The notes: generated by a model not told the origin, from the letters alone. Shown: positions 1 to 9,516, counted from the first letter of the stretch. The stretch: 40,323 bases of DNA from Myxococcota bacterium (GCA_036149055.1 JAYZQJ010000258.1:1-40323), one strand, 5' to 3'. Numbers and translations are program-made.

Positions 1-145
1 CGCGCTACCGCGCGAGCTGGCCGCCCGCTGCCGCGGGATCGAACCTCGCCCGGTGCCGCGGATTCGAACGTCGTCGGGTGCCGCGGGGATCGAACCGGCG
101 GGTTGGCGCGTGCGGCGACTTCGCTTCGCTCGCCTGCCGTCGTTG
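1..145. repeat. REP-like intergenic repeat, family R1 (truncated by window edge)
   Basis: Shares GCTGGCCGCCCGCTGCCGCGGGATCGAA...TGGCGCGTGCGGCGAC.TCGCT.CGCTCG...CCTGCCGTCG with 23460-23705 and with the reverse complement of 40045-40290. Confidence 0.85.
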
Positions 146-179
146 GTGCGGGGTGGCGGGCCCGAGCGATCTCGCGCGG

Positions 180-3068
180 TCAGAACGGGACGCCGATGTG
201 GGCGTAGAAGGCGTCGATGCCGCCTTCCATGAGGCCGCGGGCGTAGCCGACGCGGAGGGTGAAGGGGAGGACGTAGCCGATGGTGAAGTCGAGCAGGAGC
301 TCGCCGCCGACGCCGACCCGGAAGGTGGAGAGGTCGAGCTGGCCGCGGAAGGCGTCGCCGCCGTCGGCGAAGACGGACGCGTGCAGCCGGTTCAGGTAGA
401 CCGGGAGCGTCGCGACGCCGCGGTTGATGCGCCAGATCGGGAAGCGGTACTCGAGCTGTAGCAAGTGGTACTGCGTCCCGGCGCGGTCGAAGGCCGGGTA
501 GCCGCGCAGAGCGACGCCGCCGAGGATGAGGCCGTTGACGAGCCCGTCGACGGGGCTGACGTCGGGGAAGCCGCCGAGCGAGAAGGTGCCGCGGCGGTCC
601 ATGTCGCCGCCGCTGATGCCGCCGGTGTAGCTCGCGGCGAGCACGTGGTGCTGGAGCCACGGCATCGGGAGAAAGCGCTGGGCGAACCAGGTGAGCTGCA
701 CGACCTCGAACTGGCTGCCGATCGCCGGGTGGCTGACCGAGAGGGTGAAGCCGATGGCCTGGCCGTTCGACGCGCTGATGTCGTAGGTGTAGCGCTCGAC
801 GTCGGAGTAGCTCCAGCCGAGCCGCACCTCGGAGCGCAGGCCGAGCTCCGGGAAGCGGGGCGGAGGGTCGTTCGGGTCGAGCTGTCCGCGGAAGGCCTCC
901 GCGTTGTCGAGCCAGGTGCCGCGCCAGGAGAGGGAGACGCTCTGGCTGCGGAAGACGCGCGGGAGGCGATAGCTCACCCCCACGTCTCCGCCCCACGCCT
1001 CCTCCAGCCACGGCGTGTTCTCGCCGCCGACGATGAGGCCGCGCCGCGGCGCCACCCGCCGGAAGAGGCCGAAACCGACGCGCAGCGGCAGGCGCTGGTA
1101 GTCGTAGTTGAGGGTGACGTTGTGGGCCCACGGGCGCTCGAAACCCTGCGTCGCCCGCAGGCTCCAGCGGTGGAAGCCCGCCATGTCCTCGCCCGACACC
1201 GTGACGCCGAGCGCCGAGCCGAACCCGTCGTTCGTGAGATCGAGCAGGTAGGCGCGCGGCCAGATCGTCTCGAGCGGCTGGTAGTCGCGGCTCGGCCCGT
1301 TCCAGATGGCGTCGTCGATCACCGGAGGCGGCCGGGTGTCGATGTACGCGGGCGCGGGCCGCGAGCGCGCCTCGCGCAGGTCGAGGTGGAACAGGTCGAA
1401 GCCGTAAGACGTGTAGCCGACGTAGACGAGCTGCTGGCCGTCGGGGGAGATCGCGGGCTGGTAGGCGCCCGACACCACGTTCGTCACCTGGCGGAGCGCG
1501 CCGCTGGTCAAGCGATAGGCGTAGATGTTGGCGATGCCCGTGCGGTCGGAGCTGAAGTACAGCGTGTCGCCGTCCGGGCTCCAGATGGGAGAGCCGTCTT
1601 GCGCTCGGTCGTGCATGAGCGGGGTGACGCGCCCGGTCTCCACGTCCACGAGGTGGATGTCCCGGTAGCCGCCGGGCTGCCAGCGCGAGAGCGCCACCGT
1701 GCGGCCGTCCGGGGAGAAGCGGGGGTTGAACACCTGCTCGAAGCGCTCGCTCGGCACGAGCACCCGCGCGGTGCCCTCGACGTCGCGCAGCTCCGCGATC
1801 ATCAGCGTCGTCGTGCCCGCCTCGTTGGTGGTGAACACCACCCGTCGACCGTCGGGCGAGATGTCCGGCTCCCTCGCGCGCATGCCCACCGTCAGGCGGT
1901 CGACGCGGCCGGTCTCGAGGTCGCGCCGGAACAGATCGTGGAAGTTGTAGATGTCGCGGTAGGGCGCGGTCAGGGAGTAGACGACGTAGCGTCCGCTCGG
2001 GTGCAGGTCGTAGCCGTCGTCGCCGTTGACCCGCGCGATCTCGGACTGCGCGTCCGGCGACCCGAGCGCGAAGCGACGGATCTCCGGTCGGCTGCGGTTG
2101 TCGGCGCGCCAGTAGAGGACGCGGCCCTCGCGGTCGAAGCGCGGGAGGCGCGCGACCTCGCCGTGGAACGTGATCCGCTCGCCCTCGACTCGGCCGGCCG
2201 CGATCACCGCGTCGCGCTGCGCCTCGTAGTGCGCGATCCGCTCGGCGCGGAAGTCCTCGTAGAGCTCGGTCCAGCCGCGCCCGGTGACCCGCCGCGTCAC
2301 CCGGTTGATGCCCCAGGGCAGCACCTCGTCGCCGTAGTGGCGCGCGATCTCGGCGATGGCGGAGGAGCCGTGACGCTCGGCGACGTAGCGCACGAAGTGC
2401 GAGCCGTAGAGGTACCAGACGTTCCCGTGCGGCCAGCGGTCGGCGATGTTCGAGACCTGATCGAGGTCGAAGAAGCGATCCTCGAGCGCGTCCATGCGCA
2501 GGTACATGTCGAACATCGTCGAGCGCAGCCGCCCGCCGCTGGTGCGCTCCGACTCCTGCCACGTGGCGACGCCCTCCAGGATCCATCGCGGCTGCACCTG
2601 GTTCGGCGAGTAGACCTTGCCGAGCAGGATGTTGATGAAGGACGCGATCCCGCTCCACTGGTCGAGGTGCACGATGTGGGTGTGCTCGTGCGTGACCAGC
2701 AGGTTGAGCCAGTCGTCGTAGTCACCGAGGGGCGACATCGACGAGGGCGCGGTGGCGAAGAGCCGGATCTCGTTGCGGGGGAGGGCGGTCGCCGATCCGT
2801 TGGAGCTGTCCGTGTTGTCGGTGAGCACGATCTGCGTGCGCCGGTTCGCGGTGTAGCCCATCACCTCGCTGAGGGTCGCGTGCGCCCGCTCGGCCACCAC
2901 CGCGACCCGCCGGGCGAGGACCCCGAGCGGCACGTGGTAGTGCACGGTGAAGTTCGGCGTATCGATCGTGCGCCAGTCGAGCGTGGGGTCGCGTACCTGC
3001 GCGTCGGCGCGCGCGACCCCGAGGAGGGTCACGAGCGACAGGACGGCGGCGACGCGTCGGCGCAGCAC
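180..3068 (-). CDS. Omp85/BamA-TamA family outer membrane protein with N-terminal zinc-peptidase-like domain and TolB-like (PD40) beta-propeller
   Basis: Signal peptide; HEHTH (HExxH) followed by WILEGVAT; PD40-type repeats (PDISPDG, PRFSPDG, PIWSPDG, PAISPDG); C-terminal barrel with LRGY, EYRFP and terminal Phe. Confidence 0.85.
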   Translation of the reverse strand: MLRRRVAAVLSLVTLLGVARADAQVRDPTLDWRTIDTPNFTVHYHVPLGVLARRVAVVAERAHATLSEVMGYTANRRTQIVLTDNTDSSNGSATALPRNEIRLFATAPSSMSPLGDYDDWLNLLVTHEHTHIVHLDQWSGIASFINILLGKVYSPNQVQPRWILEGVATWQESERTSGGRLRSTMFDMYLRMDALEDRFFDLDQVSNIADRWPHGNVWYLYGSHFVRYVAERHGSSAIAEIARHYGDEVLPWGINRVTRRVTGRGWTELYEDFRAERIAHYEAQRDAVIAAGRVEGERITFHGEVARLPRFDREGRVLYWRADNRSRPEIRRFALGSPDAQSEIARVNGDDGYDLHPSGRYVVYSLTAPYRDIYNFHDLFRRDLETGRVDRLTVGMRAREPDISPDGRRVVFTTNEAGTTTLMIAELRDVEGTARVLVPSERFEQVFNPRFSPDGRTVALSRWQPGGYRDIHLVDVETGRVTPLMHDRAQDGSPIWSPDGDTLYFSSDRTGIANIYAYRLTSGALRQVTNVVSGAYQPAISPDGQQLVYVGYTSYGFDLFHLDLREARSRPAPAYIDTRPPPVIDDAIWNGPSRDYQPLETIWPRAYLLDLTNDGFGSALGVTVSGEDMAGFHRWSLRATQGFERPWAHNVTLNYDYQRLPLRVGFGLFRRVAPRRGLIVGGENTPWLEEAWGGDVGVSYRLPRVFRSQSVSLSWRGTWLDNAEAFRGQLDPNDPPPRFPELGLRSEVRLGWSYSDVERYTYDISASNGQAIGFTLSVSHPAIGSQFEVVQLTWFAQRFLPMPWLQHHVLAASYTGGISGGDMDRRGTFSLGGFPDVSPVDGLVNGLILGGVALRGYPAFDRAGTQYHLLQLEYRFPIWRINRGVATLPVYLNRLHASVFADGGDAFRGQLDLSTFRVGVGGELLLDFTIGYVLPFTLRVGYARGLMEGGIDAFYAHIGVPF

Positions 3069-3185
3069 GGGAGGCTCGCCACGGTCGTCGGGAACCCGGC
3101 CGAGGTCAAGCCATGGACGAAGCTTGCGTTTCCCTGGGGTTCACGGCACTGTGATCGCGTGTGAGCCGCGCTTTTGGCGCGCTTC

Positions 3186-3215
3186 TTGACCCCAGCTTAG
3201 GCAGGTTCGTACTCT
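3186..3215 (+). promoter_or_regulatory. sigma70-type promoter
   Basis: TTGACC-N18-TACTCT upstream of GGGAG SD and ATG 3239. Confidence 0.6.
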
Positions 3216-3238
3216 CTCCATTCGGGGGAGTACCCCGG

Positions 3239-4210
3239 ATGACCTCGATGGAGCCGTCGGTCCCCAAGATGACCCCTCCGCCGCCTTCGCGGCCGGCCAA
3301 GCAGTACGCGCTGCGGTTCATCTCCGGCAAGTACCAGGGAGGGGAATTCCCCCTCCCCGCGTCGAAGGAGATCGTGGTCGGCCGGTCGAGCGAGCTCGAC
3401 ATGGTCCTCGTCGAGGACATGGTCTCGCGCCGCCACGCGAAGATCACCGTGACGGGCGATCAGATCTTCATCCAGGATCTGGGCTCGACCAACGGCACCT
3501 TCGTCAACGGCGAGAAGATCAAGCGGGCGCGCCTCCAGGAGGGCGACCGGATCCTCATCGGCACGAGCATCATCAAGCTCGTCGCCGTCGACTCGAGCAA
3601 CGTCTCGGACGCCGGCGCCAAGAGCAACCTCGAGGACGTGGCCGCCGGCCGGCGCACCTCGCAGGTCCGGACGATGAGCGGCTCGATCGCCGAGATCCCG
3701 CTCCCCGACCTGATGCAGCTGTTCAGCGCCAGCAAGAAGAGCGGGACCCTGGTGGTCCGGACCGACCAGGACGTCGGCAAGCTCTTCTTCGACGGCGGCT
3801 CGGTCGTCTACGCCACGGTGAACGACAACTTCGACGTCTCGCCGCTCAAGAGCCTCTACCGCATCCTCACCTGGGAGGACGGCACCTTCGACATGGAGCC
3901 CCCGGAGGAGCGCGAGTTCCTCGAGCCCATCTCGATGAGCACCGAGGGCATCCTCATGGAGGCGATGCGGCAGATCGACGAGATCCGCCGCCTGGGGCCG
4001 GACATGCCCCCGATGCACGCCACCATCTCGCTGGCGATGCCGATGATCCCGCCGCTCCGCGACCTGACGCCGGAGGAGCTGGACGTGCTCCAGCTCGCCT
4101 ACAACTACGGTCACACCGAGACCATCCTCAACAAGAGCCTCGCGAGCGACCTGGATACGAGCCAGATCCTCATCAAGCTCTTGAAGAGCGGCTACCTCCG
4201 CGTCGAATAG
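3239..4210 (+). CDS. FHA domain + DUF4388 domain protein
   Basis: FHA motifs VGR, VSRRHA, DLGSTNGT; C-terminal MSGSIAEIPLPDLMQLFSASKKSGTL typical of DUF4388/PATAN-like domain. Start moved to SD-preceded ATG 3239. Confidence 0.85.
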   Translation: MTSMEPSVPKMTPPPPSRPAKQYALRFISGKYQGGEFPLPASKEIVVGRSSELDMVLVEDMVSRRHAKITVTGDQIFIQDLGSTNGTFVNGEKIKRARLQEGDRILIGTSIIKLVAVDSSNVSDAGAKSNLEDVAAGRRTSQVRTMSGSIAEIPLPDLMQLFSASKKSGTLVVRTDQDVGKLFFDGGSVVYATVNDNFDVSPLKSLYRILTWEDGTFDMEPPEEREFLEPISMSTEGILMEAMRQIDEIRRLGPDMPPMHATISLAMPMIPPLRDLTPEELDVLQLAYNYGHTETILNKSLASDLDTSQILIKLLKSGYLRVE

Positions 4211-4227
4211 GGCCCTAGGTACCCGAC

Positions 4228-4710
4228 ATGACGGACCCCATGCCCGAGCGGGTGGGGCGCCTCGCGTTCGCGGGTGAGCCCTTTCGCGTGTCCCGCGGCG
4301 TCGACGAGGTGGTCGGCGAGCGCCGCTACCCCGGCTCGATCGCGGTGCTGATCGGCCTGCTCGGGCTGCTGCTCCTCCTCTTCGCCATCCGCGTCCGCTC
4401 CGGCCCGGCCATCGGCAGCGTCAGCATGGCCCTCATCGCGCTCTCCTGGCTCGTGTGGCGGGCCCGTAAGCCGCGTCGCAGCGGAGAGGAGACGCTGACC
4501 GTCGGAAGCGACCAGCTCACCGTGACCGGCCCCACCCGCGAGGCGGTGGTCGACCTCGCCGACGTGACCGACATCGGCACCGGCAGCGACGGCTCGCTCC
4601 GCACCGTCTGGGCCCGCACCGAGACCGACCGCGTGCTCCTCTTCGACGCCCTCACCGAAGAGGAAGCCGAAGCCCTCCGCGCCGAGCTTCGCGCCCGCGT
4701 CCTCTCCTGA
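4228..4710 (+). CDS. hypothetical membrane protein (two TM helices)
   Basis: 160 aa, two hydrophobic stretches, GC3-biased codons, 17 nt downstream of FHA gene. Confidence 0.65.
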   Translation: MTDPMPERVGRLAFAGEPFRVSRGVDEVVGERRYPGSIAVLIGLLGLLLLLFAIRVRSGPAIGSVSMALIALSWLVWRARKPRRSGEETLTVGSDQLTVTGPTREAVVDLADVTDIGTGSDGSLRTVWARTETDRVLLFDALTEEEAEALRAELRARVLS

Positions 4711-4720
4711 GCCCCACTCC

Positions 4721-5215
4721 GGCGCTTCGTGGGCTTCGGGTGGCTCTCGCAAAGGCGCGAAGCCGCCAAGATGGTTGGGGGCGACGGGACGGCGACTGGC
4801 CGCCCGCTGCTAGGTCGCTCGTGAGCGGGCGCTTCTTGGGCTTCAGGTGGCTCTCGCAAAGGCGCGAAGCCGCCAAGATCGTTGGGGGCGACGGGACGGC
4901 GACTGGCCACGGCTGGTCGGTCGCTCCGGGGTCGGGCGCTTCTCGGGCTTCAGGTGGCTCTCGCAGAGTCGCAGAGGCGCAGAGTGAGGGTGGGCAGGGC
5001 GGTGCAGGGCGGTCCCGTGCCGGCTGGGTCACCGCCGGCGTGCGCCCATCGCGCTGCCTGCGGGTCCCCCCCTGCAGCTCGACGGCTTTGCGGCTTAGCG
5101 GCTTTGCGAGAGCAAGATTGCCCTCGAAGCCCGCCGCCACGACTGGGATGGCGACCGGCCACCGGCTCGTCGAGGCTGGGTCACCGGCGGCGTGCGCCCA
5201 TCGCGCTGCCTGCTC
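4721..5215. repeat. compound intergenic repeat, family R2 (107-bp period units plus internal modules)
   Basis: Head GGCGCTTC..GGGCTTC(A/G)GGTGGCTCTCGCA at 4721, 4828, 4935; 4837-5130 nearly identical to 6208-6499; module GCTGGGTCACCG.CGGCGTGCGCCC repeated near 5023 and 5175. Confidence 0.9.
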
Positions 5216-5406
5216 TTCCCGTTGCAACGAACCATGCGGGCGTCGGGATGGCGTGGCTGGCCGTCGGGGCACCTCGTCGGGGGCGACTTCGTGACGACGA
5301 GGTGAGGAGTGGATGGCCGTGCCCGTGACGGTTGACGGACAGAAACGGCCGATCCACGGTCCGCTCGAAACGAGGAGCGATGCGGGACCAGAACGAAGGA
5401 GCGAAC

Positions 5407-6201
5407 GTGAGGTTGTCGTCACTCGGAGCGATTGCGTGGGCCTCGTGTTGCCTCCTCGCCGCGTGCGCGGGCAGGGGCGAGACGGCCTCGTCGGCGGAGT
5501 CGGCCTCCCTCTCGAGCAGCGGGCGCGAGGAGCCGTCGGACTCCATCACGCTTCACCGCGGCGTCTCCGAGGGCGACTCGTTCGTCGTGCACTACGTCTG
5601 GGAGGCCGAGGAGTCCGTCTTTCGATCGGCGAGTCACGGCCGCCTCACCGCACAGCTGACCATCACGCGGGCGAGTCCAGAGGGAATCGCCACCGAGATG
5701 GGCGTGGTCGTCGGCGATGAATGGGACGTGCACGTCATGGGCGAGTCCGAGGCCCTGTCGACCGGCACCGCGTTCGTATGTCCGGTCAGCGCCGACCTCG
5801 ACGTGATGGATGCGTCCCCTCGATGGGAGGTCCCCCCCGCGCCGGAATGGGAACCGGTCGTCTGCGCCGCGCTGCCCGGATATGCGCAGCTGATCGCGGC
5901 CCTCCCGTTCACGGAGAACGGAGCGTACTGGCACATGACCCGGGAGCCGACACGACGGTCCGTGGGCGAGTCCTGGACGTGGGAGCGCGACGGCTACACC
6001 GCCCGCTTCTCGCTCGCCCCGGAGACCGCCGCGACCCGCTTCGAGGTGGGGGTCGAGGGCGAAAACGGCGAGGCGCTCTCGACGTACCGGTTTCTGCTCG
6101 AGGACGCCGGTCCGCCGCGTCGCACGGAGTTCGAGCGGTTCACGGCCGACGAGATGGACGGCGTAGGACGGTGGACCCTGGAGCTGCGGCCCGCCGACTG
6201 A
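5407..6201 (+). CDS. hypothetical lipoprotein
   Basis: GTG 5407 after GAAGGAG; signal peptide with lipobox LAAC; alternative ATG at 5380. No family recognised. Confidence 0.6.
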   Translation: MRLSSLGAIAWASCCLLAACAGRGETASSAESASLSSSGREEPSDSITLHRGVSEGDSFVVHYVWEAEESVFRSASHGRLTAQLTITRASPEGIATEMGVVVGDEWDVHVMGESEALSTGTAFVCPVSADLDVMDASPRWEVPPAPEWEPVVCAALPGYAQLIAALPFTENGAYWHMTREPTRRSVGESWTWERDGYTARFSLAPETAATRFEVGVEGENGEALSTYRFLLEDAGPPRRTEFERFTADEMDGVGRWTLELRPAD

Positions 6202-6204
6202 TCC

Positions 6205-6504
6205 TCGTGGGCTTCGGGTGGCTCTCGCGAAGGCGCGAAGCCGCCAAGATGAGTGGGGGCGACGGGACGGCGACTGGCCACGGCTGGTCGGTCGCTCCGG
6301 GGTCGGGCGCTTGTCGGGCTTCAGGTGGCTCTCGCAGAGTCGCAGAGGCGCAGAGTGAGGGTGGGCAGGGCGGTGCAGGGCGGTCCCGTGCCGGCTGGGT
6401 CACCGGCGGCGTGCGCCCGTCGTGCTGCCTGCGGGGCCCCCTGCCGCTCGACGGCTTTGCGGCTTTGCGGCTTTGCGAGAGCAAAATTGCCCTCGAAGCT
6501 CGCC
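6205..6504. repeat. second copy of repeat family R2
   Basis: Direct repeat of 4837-5130 with scattered substitutions; imperfect inverted ends (GGGCTTCG...GCTCTCGC.AAG / CTTTGCGAGAGC...CGAAGC). Confidence 0.9.
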
Positions 6505-6530
6505 CACGAGTGGGATGGACCGTCGGGGGG

Positions 6531-6953
6531 TCAGCGGTCGAAGTGCTGCTCGACGAGACCGTCGTAGGCTTCGCGGAGGCCGACGATGAGGCGGACGGCG
6601 GCGCGGTGTTTCTCCGGGTCGTCGTCGTACTTGTCGGGGTCGTACTTCTTCGAGAGGCGCTGGTAGGCCTGCTCGACCTGGTCGCGCGAGGCGCCGGGCT
6701 CGAGCTCGAGGTCGCGGAACCACTGCCGGACCTTCCAGCCGGGGGCCTTGCCGTCGCGGGTGCGGGGGGAGGAGGAGGTCGACGTGGAGCCGGATCGGTG
6801 GCCGCGGGCGCGCCGGCGCCGCTCGAGCTCGATCTGGAGCTCGGCGTCGCTCAGCTCGCTCAGGGCCTTGTCGCCGATCCGGACCACCTTGCGATCTCTC
6901 CACTCGTCGAGCTTGGCGCGCGTGGCGTCGGCGATCCTGCGCATGACCCCCAC
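6531..6953 (-). CDS. J-domain-like (DnaJ-like) protein with DPD in place of HPD
   Basis: C-terminal LELEPGASRDQVEQAYQRLSKKYDPDK...LREAYDGL follows the J-domain helix pattern. Confidence 0.75.
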   Translation of the reverse strand: MGVMRRIADATRAKLDEWRDRKVVRIGDKALSELSDAELQIELERRRRARGHRSGSTSTSSSPRTRDGKAPGWKVRQWFRDLELEPGASRDQVEQAYQRLSKKYDPDKYDDDPEKHRAAVRLIVGLREAYDGLVEQHFDR

Positions 6954-6968
6954 GACGCGCCGCCCTCT

Positions 6969-7307
6969 CTACTCCGCCTCGCCCCCCGGGGGCGCGGTCA
7001 GGAGCCGCTCGATCAGGTGCTGCGAGTACTGGCTCAGCTCGGTGAAGACCACGCCCATGCCGGGCGGATCCTCCTGCACGCGCACCACCTGACCGACGCC
7101 CTCGATCGTCTCGATGTCATCCATGATGACCGTGAACTTGAGGTTCACCCGGGTGCCGATCGTCAGCGGCTGCTTGCTCTTCACGAAGACGCCGGTGCGG
7201 GAGATGTTCGTGACGTACTCGTGGATGAACGCGTCGAAGGATTCGAACTCCTTGTTGATCGTGACGCGCTCTTCCTGACGCTTGTCGTTGTCGTTCTCCT
7301 CGGACAT
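6969..7307 (-). CDS. PilZ domain protein (myxococcal type)
   Basis: RQEER (RxxxR) and NISRTG (D/NxSxxG) c-di-GMP motifs, GMGVVF; real start ATG 7307 inside the longer track ORF. Confidence 0.85.
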   Translation of the reverse strand: MSEENDNDKRQEERVTINKEFESFDAFIHEYVTNISRTGVFVKSKQPLTIGTRVNLKFTVIMDDIETIEGVGQVVRVQEDPPGMGVVFTELSQYSQHLIERLLTAPPGGEAE

Positions 7308-7339
7308 GGCTCTCTCGCGCCCTCCCGCCCCGAGCCGGG

Positions 7340-8878
7340 CTACTGCCCGCTGAGGTCGAACTGCTCCAGATGATAGTCCTTCCGGGCTTGTAACACGATC
7401 TGCCGCGCGTACCGCGCGCTCGCGCGCTGGAGCGCCTTCTTCTCCTCGCGCTGGAACATGTCGCAGATCGCGGGGTGCGCGTTGACCACCACCTTGAAGC
7501 CCGGCAGCGAGTCCTTCTCGCGGCGGATCTGCCGCAGGATCTCGTGGCAGACGGTGGTCTTGCTCATGAGCTGGCCGGTGCCGTCGCAGAAGAAGCAGGG
7601 CTCGTAGAGCGTCCTGCCCAGCGACTCCCGGGTGCGCTTGCGCGTCATCTCGACCAGGCCGAGCTCGCTGATGCGGACCGCGGTGGTCTTGGACTTGTCC
7701 TTCTTCAGCTCCTTGAGGAGCGCCCGGTAGACCTTCTCGCGGTGGCTCGAGCGCTCCATGTCGATGAAGTCGAGCACGATGAGCCCGCCGATGTTGCGGA
7801 AGCGGAGCTGGTAGCCGATCTCCTTCACCGCCTCGAGGTTGGTCTGGAAGATCGTCTCCTCGACGTCCTTGCCCTTGCCGGTGAAGCGGCCGGTGTTGAC
7901 GTCGATCGCGGTGAGCGCCTCGGCCTGATCGATGATCAGGTAGCCGCCGGAGGGGAGGGGGACCTTGCGGCTCAGGGCCCGCGCGATCTCGTCCTCGAGG
8001 CCGAAGGCGTCCATGATCGGATCGCCGCCCTCGTAGAGCTCCACGTCGCCGGCGCGCTCGGGCATGAAGTCCTCGACGAACTTCTTCAGCCGCGCGTACT
8101 CCTCGGCGTCGTCGATGATGATCTTGCGCACGCTCTCGGTGAACATGTCGCGCGCGGTGCGGCAGACGATGTCGAGCTCCGAGTAGAGCGCGGTGGGCGC
8201 GCGCTTGATCTTCTTCTGCTTGGTGAGGATGTCGTCCCAGGTCTTCACCAGGTAGCCGACGTCCGCCTTCAGCCCGCCCTTGGTCAGCCCCGCCGCGACG
8301 GTGCGCACGATCAGGCCGCCCGACGGAGGCTTGCAAGAGTCGATGACCTCGCGCAGCCGGCGTCGCTCGCGGTCGTTGCCGATCCGCTTGCTGACGCCCA
8401 CGTGCTCGATCGTCGGCATGTAGACGACGTAGCGGCCCGGGAGCGAGACGTGGCTGGTGACGCGCGCGCCCTTGGTGCTGATCGGGCCCTTGCTCACCTG
8501 GACGACGATCTGCTGGCCCTCCTTGAGGACCTCTCGGATCGGCGTCTTGCGGGTCACCCGGCCGCGCTTGTTCTTCTTCGACGCGCCGTTCTGCTTGCCG
8601 TTGCCGTTGTCGTCGTCGTCCTTGTTCGCCAGCCGATCGAGATCCGTGGTCGGGATCACGTCTTCGACGTGCAGGAAGGCGGCGCGGTCGAGCCCGATGT
8701 CGACGAAGGCCGCCTGCATGCCCGGGAGCACGCGGGTGACCTTGCCGAGATAGATGCTGCCGACCGGGCTGCGGTCGCGCTCTCGCTCGACGTACAGCTC
8801 CGCCAGGATTCCGTCTTCGATCAGGGCGACGCGGGTCTCTCCGACGTCGACGCTGATCACGATCGTATCGTTCGCCAT
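7340..8878 (-). CDS. rng: ribonuclease E/G family (RNase G-sized)
   Basis: S1 domain GSIYLGKVTRVLPGMQAAFVDIG, KGARVT, IDVNTG, GGLIVLDFIDM, GLVEMTRKR, CFFCDGTG; GGAGG SD before ATG 8878. Confidence 0.95.
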   Translation of the reverse strand: MANDTIVISVDVGETRVALIEDGILAELYVERERDRSPVGSIYLGKVTRVLPGMQAAFVDIGLDRAAFLHVEDVIPTTDLDRLANKDDDDNGNGKQNGASKKNKRGRVTRKTPIREVLKEGQQIVVQVSKGPISTKGARVTSHVSLPGRYVVYMPTIEHVGVSKRIGNDRERRRLREVIDSCKPPSGGLIVRTVAAGLTKGGLKADVGYLVKTWDDILTKQKKIKRAPTALYSELDIVCRTARDMFTESVRKIIIDDAEEYARLKKFVEDFMPERAGDVELYEGGDPIMDAFGLEDEIARALSRKVPLPSGGYLIIDQAEALTAIDVNTGRFTGKGKDVEETIFQTNLEAVKEIGYQLRFRNIGGLIVLDFIDMERSSHREKVYRALLKELKKDKSKTTAVRISELGLVEMTRKRTRESLGRTLYEPCFFCDGTGQLMSKTTVCHEILRQIRREKDSLPGFKVVVNAHPAICDMFQREEKKALQRASARYARQIVLQARKDYHLEQFDLSGQ

Positions 8879-9012
8879 CGCGGTGCCTCCGCGCGTGCGA
8901 CGGGTGCTCGGTGCGCGCGTGCGCGCCGGGACCCTCTCGGGTGGTCCGGGATCGATGGATCGCCGGACCCGGTCCACGGGCGTTCGCCCACGGAGCCGCC
9001 GTCGCGACGCTC

Positions 9013-9516
9013 TCAGTTGGCTTCGAAGATCGCCTCGATCTCGGCGATGACCTTGTCCTCGCTGCGACGGCGAGCGACGGCGATTTCCTTCACGATCAGC
9101 GAGCGGGCCTTGTCGAGCATCTGGCGCTCACCGAACGAAAGGGACTTCTCCGCCTTGAGGCGGTAGAGGTCGCGGAGGACCTCGGCGACGTCGTAGACGC
9201 TGCCGGTCTTGATCTTGTCCATGAACCCGCGGTAGCGGCGGTTCCACGTCTGGTTGTCGAACGCGATCGTCTGCTCTTTGAGGATCTCGAAGATGTCGTT
9301 GATCTCTTTCTCCGACACGGGCGGGCGGAGACCGACGTTCTTCGCGTTGGCGACGGGGACCATGATCTTCTGCTCCGTGTCGAGCAGACGGAGGACGTAG
9401 AACTGTTGGCGGTTGCCGGCGATGTCCTTCTCTTCGATGGAAACCACCTCGGCGACGCCTCGGGCCGGATAGACGGCTTTGTCTCCGACCTTGAACTGCT
9501 GCTTGCGAGCCTGCAT
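9013..9516 (-). CDS. cdnL: CarD/CdnL family RNA polymerase-binding transcription factor
   Basis: FKVGDKAVYPARGVAEV, TWNRRYR, EVLRDL, LSFGERQMLDKARSL; 167 aa with no HMGA tail, so CdnL type; AGGAG SD before ATG 9516. Confidence 0.95.
   Translation of the reverse strand: MQARKQQFKVGDKAVYPARGVAEVVSIEEKDIAGNRQQFYVLRLLDTEQKIMVPVANAKNVGLRPPVSEKEINDIFEILKEQTIAFDNQTWNRRYRGFMDKIKTGSVYDVAEVLRDLYRLKAEKSLSFGERQMLDKARSLIVKEIAVARRRSEDKVIAEIEAIFEAN

Noticed and set aside
29..96. tRNA gene
   Set aside because: Only T-loop-like fragments; no D arm, anticodon arm or full acceptor stem.
465..3164. 899-aa plus-strand ORF
   Set aside because: Antisense shadow of the Omp85 gene; stop-poor because of GC3 bias, no motifs.
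4721..5130. Regularly spaced ~30-nt repeats as a CRISPR array
   Set aside because: Intervening sequences are similar to each other rather than unique, the 107-bp period is too long, and there are no cas genes.
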